Source: Spirochaetota bacterium (lineage in GTDB: Bacteria > Spirochaetota > UBA4802 > UBA5550). From it: a stretch of 64,000 nt of DNA. Position 1 is the first letter of the stretch, and the number at the start of each line of letters is the position of its first letter. Location: assembly GCA_050298055.1 (NCBI GenBank), contig JBNKTL010000019.1:23649-87648 (forward strand), written 5' to 3'. The notes under the pieces are model-generated. The model was not told the origin of the DNA, did no database searches, and was given only the letters and a program-made list of their open reading frames with translations. Made by a program: the position numbers and the translations under genes. Positions 57,642 to 64,000 of the stretch are shown in pieces.

Positions 57642-58292
57642 TCACTCACGGCATTTATATCCAACATTCCTGACAGTCTCTATAAGGGAGTTGAATTCAT
57701 CCCCAAGTTTACCTCTTAACCTTCTTATATGAACATCAACGGTCCTGGTTCCACCGATATATTCAACCCCCCATATCCTTTCCAGAAGATCTTTACGTGA
57801 AAAAACCACTCCCCTGTTCTGTGTCATGAGCTTCAATATTTCAAACTCCTTATATGTCAACTCAAGCTTCTCATTGTTCAGATAAACAGAGTATTCCTTG
57901 GGAATGATCTTGAACTGCCCGATAGTGATACTCTCATCTTCAAGTTCCTTTTTCCAGAGGAACCTGTTTATTCTCATAATAAGTTCCTCATGTTTAACAG
58001 GATAAATAATAAAATCATCGAAAAACCAGTTGTAGTTGATTTCATTTACCTTTTCGATATTAATGCAGAGAAGAACAGGAGTGTCCTGGTTTTTTTTTCT
58101 CACTTTCGAAAGATAGAACTGAACATAATCAGGAGATCCGAAAATATCAAAATCAATAAGTGTCAGGGCATAATCTTCCTTTTTTATATTGTCAATATTA
58201 CCGGTCCCCACTATTTTCATTTCTGACAGAAGGAAAGAAATATCTTCAATAAAATTACTGTTTGATGAAATGAGACAAATTGGTTTATCCAC
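57642..58292 (-). CDS. OmpR/PhoB-type winged-helix response regulator
   Basis: LTYKEFE-x-L, R-x-x-LL-x-x-IWG, RTVDVHIRRLR-x-KL, ETVR-x-VGY; divergent receiver domain; no adjacent kinase. Confidence 0.88.
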   Translation of the reverse strand: MDKPICLISSNSNFIEDISFLLSEMKIVGTGNIDNIKKEDYALTLIDFDIFGSPDYVQFYLSKVRKKNQDTPVLLCINIEKVNEINYNWFFDDFIIYPVKHEELIMRINRFLWKKELEDESITIGQFKIIPKEYSVYLNNEKLELTYKEFEILKLMTQNRGVVFSRKDLLERIWGVEYIGGTRTVDVHIRRLRGKLGDEFNSLIETVRNVGYKCRE

Positions 58293-58297
58293 GGCTG

Positions 58298-59470
58298 TTA
58301 TTTCTCGTTTTTATTCATGCTGCCATTAAAGAGATCCAGGTACCTACCGGCAACAGATGCTGCAGTGAATTTTTTTATATCATTTAAATTATTTTTTGAA
58401 CACTTTTTGTAAAGCCCTTTATCAGATATATATCTTTCAATTGACTTCCTGCAGGCGTCGATATCTCCAACATTAATCAAAAGGGCGTTCTCCTCATGCT
58501 TGAGGAAATCAACCTGTCCGCCGTGATTGGTACATACTATGGGAAGCCCCACATACATGGACTCCATAAAAACAATTCCAAAACCTTCGTGCAGCGACGT
58601 GAGAATAAAAAGATCTGAATTTTTAAGATAGGAATACTTGGTCTCATCATCAACAAAACCAAGAAATCGTACCCTTTCCTCGATTCCCAGTTCCCTGCAG
58701 AGATTTTCAAGAAACTCCTTCTCAGGGCCGTCACCGAGAATGAACATTTTTATCCTGCTGTTATCCAATCCCGCAAAGGCATTGAGTGCAACATCAATAG
58801 CTTTTCTTTTTACGATTCTCCCTATGGTTATAAGCACAAAGTCGTCATCGGCTATTCCCAGGTCCTTTCTTGTTTTTTCCGGAAGTTCGGGAGGATGAAA
58901 TGCCAGGGGTATAATCGAAATCTCTTTGTCCGGATTGTAGTACTTTATAGTATTGTCCCGGGTATTGCTCGACTGAGCAACGATAAAATCCGCGCGGTTC
59001 AGGATAAATTTGACAACTCTTTTAAAGAAAAAATTTCGGTGGGGGGAGAGCTTTTTACTGGGATCATAAATATCCCCCCCGTGGAGAGAAAGAATATTGG
59101 GAACCCTGAAAATCTTTCCCAGGAGATAACCAATAGGTCCCGAAGGAACTGCAAAGTGAGTGTTAATGACATCATACCTGTTCCTTCTCATGAGAAGGAA
59201 TCCCTTTATAAAGGCTCCGGGAAGATACGTCAGCATGGATATAAGAGAAGCAGCATCCCTTGATCTTCTCAGAAGAACCCTAATTCTGTATATTCCGACT
59301 CCATCACTTACTTCATGGCTTTTCAAACCACTGTAGGATGAAGTAAGCACATGCACCTCTGCATGTTTAGCCCATTCAACGGCAAGATCACGTGTGGCAA
59401 CGCCTCCCCCTCCTCCAAGGGGGGGATATTCATAATTAATTATGAGAATTTTTTTTACTTTCCTGTCCAT
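58298..59470 (-). CDS. Glycosyltransferase family 4
   Basis: NYEYPPLGGG, HF-x-x-PSG, GR-x-x-x-RK, GDGP, EGFG-x-V-x-x-E motifs. Confidence 0.9.
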   Translation of the reverse strand: MDRKVKKILIINYEYPPLGGGGGVATRDLAVEWAKHAEVHVLTSSYSGLKSHEVSDGVGIYRIRVLLRRSRDAASLISMLTYLPGAFIKGFLLMRRNRYDVINTHFAVPSGPIGYLLGKIFRVPNILSLHGGDIYDPSKKLSPHRNFFFKRVVKFILNRADFIVAQSSNTRDNTIKYYNPDKEISIIPLAFHPPELPEKTRKDLGIADDDFVLITIGRIVKRKAIDVALNAFAGLDNSRIKMFILGDGPEKEFLENLCRELGIEERVRFLGFVDDETKYSYLKNSDLFILTSLHEGFGIVFMESMYVGLPIVCTNHGGQVDFLKHEENALLINVGDIDACRKSIERYISDKGLYKKCSKNNLNDIKKFTAASVAGRYLDLFNGSMNKNEK

Positions 59471-59685
59471 TATATGAAAATTGGTTTAAATGATAAATGA
59501 TATAGTGCGTAATTTATTTTTATAAATATCGAAAGAACCAGATAAAAATATAATTTGTGTAATATCAATGATTATTTTTTTATTGATAGAACAATTTGTT
59601 GCTTAATTTGTTCTATTCATAATTGCTATTTTAATTGACTGTATTTATTACATATATTATAATTTATATATGCCTAATTACTAAG

Positions 59686-59825
59686 ATAACGACGACTTAA
59701 CTATGTATAAGAATAATCATATTTACTAACAATAATAACTGATATGTCCCACCAACAAAGGCGGCAGGGACACCTTATTAATACTTTATTAAATATGTTA
59801 ATTATAGCAATATATCTGTAGTAAC
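59686..59825. mobile_element. Degenerate full-length MITE copy (~140 bp)
   Basis: Core AACTGATATGTCCCACCAACAAAGGCGGCAGGGACAC; right part TTATTAAATATGTTAATTATAGCAATATATCTGTAGTAAC aligns with the 44257-44398 copy. Confidence 0.7.
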
Positions 59826-59852
59826 AATTTATGATTAAAACATTCACATTGT

Positions 59853-59934
59853 GAAAATTATTTCCCCACAACCAAATCAGGTAGAGATTTAATATTTTTT
59901 ATGATTTGATTCTTGTGGAGAACTGAATAGTTAC
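59853..59934. repeat. Second small inverted-repeat element ending in a related TIR
   Basis: TTCCCCACAACCAAATCA pairs imperfectly with TGATTTGATTCTTGTGGAGAA, followed by CTGAATAGTTAC (59923-59934). Confidence 0.5.
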
Positions 59935-60002
59935 AAAACATTTAAATACTGATGAAACCTTTCAATATTTCGAATTTTGATTAGAGAGATGGTAATTCAA
60001 AA

Positions 60003-61244
60003 TTGAATTCTACAAACAGAGTGAAAAAAAAACCCCTACTGGACAGGATAAAAATACAAAACCAGTATAAGAAGAATAAATTAAAATATGAAAAAATTTT
60101 AAGGGATATCAGCCTGGAGATCAGGAACATCCTGGGAAAAAATAATATCAATTCAACTATAAAACAGAGAGTAAAGACCTTTGACAGTTACTTCCACAAG
60201 ATCCTCAAACAGCACAAAGAAGGCAAAAAAAATATCAAAATTAAGGACATTATCGGAATACGGATTATCTGTCCTTTTCTGGAAGACCTTGATTCTGTGG
60301 AGAAACTCATCTCCGATAATTTCACAATATCCCATCTTCAACGTAAGGGAGATAACAGCTCTTTTGCAGAGTTCGGTTACGATTCAATCCATATGCTCAT
60401 TGAACTTTCATCACCTGTAAAACAAAAGATTCCCTATACAATTAGTGCCTGTGAAATACAACTCAGGACAACTCTCCAGGATGCATGGGCTGAAATTGAG
60501 CATGAACTTATTTATAAGGCAGACTACTCCCTCCTCCAGAATTCAATAAAGAAAAAACTTGCTTCTCTCAATGCTACACTGACTTTATCCGATATTATTT
60601 TCCAGGAAATAAGGGACTCTCAGAAGGAGATAAACCAGCTGAGTGACAGAAGAAGGGAAAGCCTTTACCACAAACTGGACCCGGACAGCAATATACATTT
60701 ACTTAATACACTGTCTGAACCTGAATTCGGAACACGTCAGCCAAGTCACCGGCAAAAACTCCTACCAAAAAATAACCTTGATAAACTCCTCTTTGATGCT
60801 CTTGATGCCCATGGCAAAAATGATTATGGAAGGGCCATAAAAATTTATACTTCGATACTGAACAAAAAACCGGATAACCATATTAAATCTATTATCTATA
60901 ATCACAGAGGCATGGCCTACTTTACACAGTCACAGTACAAAAGGTCTATTAAGGATTTTTCCCAGTCCATAAAGTATGGACCAAACAATCACAGGGCATA
61001 TAACAACCGGGGTAACGCATACAGAATGCTGAACATGTATGAAAATGCTCTTGACGATATTAACCGGTCACTTTTGATAAATACACTGCAGATAGAGGGG
61101 TATTACAGCAGGGCCCTGCTCTACATGGATCTTCATGACTTCTTAAATGCCCTTGAAGACTGCACAAAAGTAATCAATATTAAGCCTGATTACCAGCCTG
61201 CAATAAGACTCAAGACAATTATTCAGTCAAAGATATATAAATAA
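60003..61244 (+). CDS. Small alarmone ((p)ppGpp) synthetase with C-terminal TPR domain
   Basis: RVK-x-x-x-S-x-x-x-K, DIIGIRII, GY-x-SIH, EIQLRT-x-x-Q-x-AWAEIEH; TPR repeats (YNHRG, YNNRG); no HD hydrolase domain. Confidence 0.88.
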   Translation: MNSTNRVKKKPLLDRIKIQNQYKKNKLKYEKILRDISLEIRNILGKNNINSTIKQRVKTFDSYFHKILKQHKEGKKNIKIKDIIGIRIICPFLEDLDSVEKLISDNFTISHLQRKGDNSSFAEFGYDSIHMLIELSSPVKQKIPYTISACEIQLRTTLQDAWAEIEHELIYKADYSLLQNSIKKKLASLNATLTLSDIIFQEIRDSQKEINQLSDRRRESLYHKLDPDSNIHLLNTLSEPEFGTRQPSHRQKLLPKNNLDKLLFDALDAHGKNDYGRAIKIYTSILNKKPDNHIKSIIYNHRGMAYFTQSQYKRSIKDFSQSIKYGPNNHRAYNNRGNAYRMLNMYENALDDINRSLLINTLQIEGYYSRALLYMDLHDFLNALEDCTKVINIKPDYQPAIRLKTIIQSKIYK

Positions 61245-61278
61245 AAAAACAGGCTCCGAAATTCACAGCCTGCTTTTT
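61243..61278. terminator. Probable bidirectional terminator
   Basis: CAGGCT/AGCCTG stem flanked by A and T tracts, between convergent genes. Confidence 0.6.
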
Positions 61279-61298
61279 CCTGAATCTTATTCAGGTTA

Positions 61299-61937
61299 TT
61301 ATTTTTCGGGATTACCCTCCGGTTTTATTCCGCCTTTTGGAAGACTTGTTCCTTCAAATGTTCCGTTTTTAAAATAGCCGGTTACACTGGCACCATCTTT
61401 CCAGGTATATGTTCCCTTACCGTCCATTTTCCCATCCTTCCAGCTGCCGGTATAACTCTCCCCGGTATTCCATTTAAAAGTCCCCTGGCCATTCATGGCA
61501 TCATTTCTCCATTCGCCGTTGTAGGAATTTCCATTTTTCCATTTGTACTCTCCCGTTCCATCCTTCTGATTGTCTTTATATTCTCCGGTATAAATATCTC
61601 CATTCTCATAGGTGAAATAACCCCTGCCGTGTCTTTTATCATCTTTATAGTCCCCTTCATAACTGGCACCGGTTTTCCATGTGGTTGTTCCTTTCCCATC
61701 CCTGAGATTGTCTTTAAATGATCCTTCATATTTATTACCGTCGGTCCAGACAAAGGTTCCGTTCCCCTCTTTTTTTCCATTTTTAAAATCTCCCGAATAG
61801 ATACCTTTGCCCTCAACATTTATCTTCCCTTTTCCGCTTTTACAGTTACCCTCCTCACATCCTTTCGGTTTTTGAAAGGATTCACACCCTGTGTGGATGA
61901 AAACAACAGCTGTAGCAATTATTAATAATTTCTTCAT
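61299..61937 (-). CDS. MORN-repeat lipoprotein
   Basis: Lipobox HTGC; about seven 23-aa Y-x-G-x-[FYW]-x-x-x-x-x-x-G-x-G repeats. Confidence 0.88.
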   Translation of the reverse strand: MKKLLIIATAVVFIHTGCESFQKPKGCEEGNCKSGKGKINVEGKGIYSGDFKNGKKEGNGTFVWTDGNKYEGSFKDNLRDGKGTTTWKTGASYEGDYKDDKRHGRGYFTYENGDIYTGEYKDNQKDGTGEYKWKNGNSYNGEWRNDAMNGQGTFKWNTGESYTGSWKDGKMDGKGTYTWKDGASVTGYFKNGTFEGTSLPKGGIKPEGNPEK

Positions 61938-62034
61938 TTTATTTCTCCGTTAAAATAACAAATAAATTGATCTTCCAGACAGAACCTAAATTGATATATA
62001 GAAATACTTTTTGTCAATTTATTTTTATTAAAAA

Positions 62035-62160
62035 AGGTAACTCAGCGGGTGCGAATTGTTTTTCGTGCAAAATAATTCGCACCAGCCTATGGCAGGGACC
62101 CTGCGGAATTTTAAAGGGTTTCACCCCTTAGACCCCGGAAAAAAGAGATCTCGTTCACCT
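62035..62160. other. Intergenic multi-hairpin element
   Basis: 15-bp stem 62048-62062/62069-62083, palindrome GCAGGGACCCTGC 62092-62104, hairpin AAGGG-TTTCAC-CCCTT 62114-62129. Confidence 0.5.
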
Positions 62161-62175
62161 ACCAAAGTCGTTAAT

Positions 62176-62206
62176 AAAAAAGGAGCTGATCGTAACCAGC
62201 CCCTTT
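62176..62206 (-). terminator. Rho-independent terminator of the OmpL47-like gene
   Basis: AAAGGAGCTG/CAGCCCCTTT stem with T tract on the minus strand. Confidence 0.65.
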
Positions 62207-62234
62207 CTATATTGTCTCTATGATTTTATTTGAT

Positions 62235-63338
62235 TCATTTCTCTGTTAACAGTTTGATTTCTGACTCCGGCGGAGTATAATCAACAAACACCGAAAGTGT
62301 TACCGTATTGCTTGCATTTCCAACTTTATCTTTTGCAATCGCTTCAATCTGGTGTTCGCCATTCTCGGTAAATTCAATCTCTTTCTTATATGGCTGAAAT
62401 TCACCTTTTCCGTCAACTCTCACAAGGACTTCAGCAATACCGGAATCCGCGTCTGTTGCTTTCACCGAATACTTATAATAAATTGAAGCGACCTTCTTTC
62501 CATCCTTATCTACAAGGTTTTTATCCGACTGAATAGAAACAACCGGAGCAACCTTGTCCACATGGATCTTCAGAGATGTTACGGCAGATTCCACCTGTTT
62601 CCCCATTTCATCAACTGCTTTAAAGATAAATTTATCAGAAGCATTATCCACATTGTCCTTGACCCTGATCGTCAGTTCAGTTGGCTTATCAGTGACGACA
62701 AAAAATGACTTATCATAGGTATTGAAATTTGTTCCGTCAGTGGAATATTCGATTGCGTTGACTCCCGCAAGGTCATCCTTGGCTGAAACGGAAAACTTGA
62801 GGTTTTCGGAAGCATAAATTTTTTCCTTTATGACAGCCATGTTTGTTGTAACCACAACAGATGGCGCCGTATTGTCCGTAATAAAATTAAGGACCTTGTA
62901 GGTGTTCTCCTTGTTACCCATTTTATCAATACTGTAATAGGTAATGGAGTGTGTTCCCTCTTCCTTTACTGAAAAAGGGTCACTATAGATGGTAAAATCA
63001 CCTTTGTCAATTTTGTAGAAAATCTTGTCTTCAAGAATGTTATCCTTTGAAGTAAGTTTAAAAAGAACAAGTGAATTAACAAAAGTGATGTATCCGTCAA
63101 AATATGTTTTTGCACTCAGTGCCGGGCTCTGAGCCGGAACTTCTTTCTTTGTCTCACTTTTGTCCATAGCCTTAACATCTTCAGCTGCTTTATCCTCTTT
63201 CGCCTCACCGGGAACCTTATTTGGATCAACAGCTTCCTTCTTGTCGCCTGTAGCCGGTTTGTCCTGTGATAATGATAAAGATGAAAAAGTAAATAAGACA
63301 AAGATAGCTAATATTGCAGAGAATAGTCTATTACCCAT
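62235..63338 (-). CDS. Exported protein with three Ig-like (OmpL47-type) repeats
   Basis: Signal peptide; repeated A-x-D-x-x-[AS]G[VI]-x-x-I...DG...D-x-[VM]GN...D-x-x-[AP]P units. Confidence 0.7.
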   Translation of the reverse strand: MGNRLFSAILAIFVLFTFSSLSLSQDKPATGDKKEAVDPNKVPGEAKEDKAAEDVKAMDKSETKKEVPAQSPALSAKTYFDGYITFVNSLVLFKLTSKDNILEDKIFYKIDKGDFTIYSDPFSVKEEGTHSITYYSIDKMGNKENTYKVLNFITDNTAPSVVVTTNMAVIKEKIYASENLKFSVSAKDDLAGVNAIEYSTDGTNFNTYDKSFFVVTDKPTELTIRVKDNVDNASDKFIFKAVDEMGKQVESAVTSLKIHVDKVAPVVSIQSDKNLVDKDGKKVASIYYKYSVKATDADSGIAEVLVRVDGKGEFQPYKKEIEFTENGEHQIEAIAKDKVGNASNTVTLSVFVDYTPPESEIKLLTEK

Positions 63339-63533
63339 GAGAAAAAACCTCCATCTATTAAATAAACAGTCTATAGTCCATTGAGAATAGGGTATAAGAA
63401 ATATTTATTCAATAGAAAAGTCAAGAAAAAAGAGAAAATTGAATTGATTTTGTTTGCATACACGAAACATCTTTGTCAAATGACTCCGGCTGATCACATT
63501 TAATAAATACTTAATAAATACCAGGAGAGATAC

Positions 63534-64000
63534 ATGTATACCGCGGGAATAGTTACTGTTAGCGATAGATCGTCACGAGGGGAAAGGGAAGACTTGTCCG
63601 GCCCTGAAATTGAAAAATGGTGCAAAGCCAATGGGTTCAGTGTAGAGACCATTGAGGTTGTCGCTGATGAAAAGGATGAAATCAAGGAAAAGCTGATAAA
63701 AATGTCTGACTCCGGATTAAACCTTATTCTCACCACAGGAGGGACCGGTTTCGCCCCCAGGGATGTTACCCCGGAAGCAACACGTGATATTATTGAGAGA
63801 TATGCTCCCGGTTTTGCGGAGACAATGCGGGCCAGATCACTGAAGATCACCGATCATGCCATACTCTCAAGGGCTGTATCAGGGATACGGAAAAGAAGCC
63901 TCATCATCAACCTTCCGGGAAGCCCGAAGGCCGTCAGGGAAAATCTCTCCTTCATTGAAAAGGCAATACCCCACGCAATGGAGCTTCTCTCAGATACGGT
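63534..64000 (+). CDS. mogA: Molybdopterin adenylyltransferase MogA/MoaB family (3' end beyond window)
   Basis: Not in the ORF track; manual translation MYTAGIVTVSDRSSRGEREDLSGP...TTGGTGFAPRDVTPEAT...LSR...INLPGSPKAV; AGGAG RBS. Confidence 0.9.
   Translation, partial: MYTAGIVTVSDRSSRGEREDLSGPEIEKWCKANGFSVETIEVVADEKDEIKEKLIKMSDSGLNLILTTGGTGFAPRDVTPEATRDIIERYAPGFAETMRARSLKITDHAILSRAVSGIRKRSLIINLPGSPKAVRENLSFIEKAIPHAMELLSDT

Noticed and set aside
7828..59825. CRISPR array formed by the GTCCC...GGGAC repeats
   Set aside because: Copies are dispersed kilobases apart in both orientations, with no regular spacers and no cas genes
63500..63850. 116-aa - strand ORF
   Set aside because: Shadow of the mogA gene on the + strand

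Overview
A 64-kb, gene-dense chromosomal segment, most likely from an anaerobic, Leptospira-related member of the Spirochaetota. The assignment is inferred from a spiro-SPASM protein, LipL46-like and OmpL47-like envelope proteins and a RelA/SpoT-TPR synthetase. No rRNA, tRNA, CRISPR array, prophage or transposase was seen. Main content: (i) a surface-glycan locus (uge, wbpD/A/B/E/I-like genes) coupled to sulfate activation genes (DUF2061-cysC fusion, cysD); (ii) a complete mercury-methylation pair hgcA-hgcB in an apparent operon behind a Cys-rich MarR-family regulator, with a palindromic operator over its promoter; (iii) a bacterial homologue of the eukaryotic queuosine-tRNA mannosyltransferase (DUF3524/GTDC1); (iv) larBC, ruvB, PTS-IIA, STAS, HATPase-HDOD and MBL-hydrolase genes; (v) a murI-PPIase-spiro-SPASM-spsF-spsG-like cluster of unknown function; (vi) housekeeping genes (cimA, dut, rnj, uppP, ftsK, mogA) and a hicBA toxin-antitoxin pair. 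Intergenic regions hold several repeats: a ~140-bp MITE family with 14-bp TIRs and probable 8-bp target duplications, REP-like palindromes (one translated in frame), heptamer arrays, and a ~150-nt element at 14009-14155 that can be folded by eye into a perfect four-way junction (candidate ncRNA). All protein calls rest on motif recognition, not database searches.
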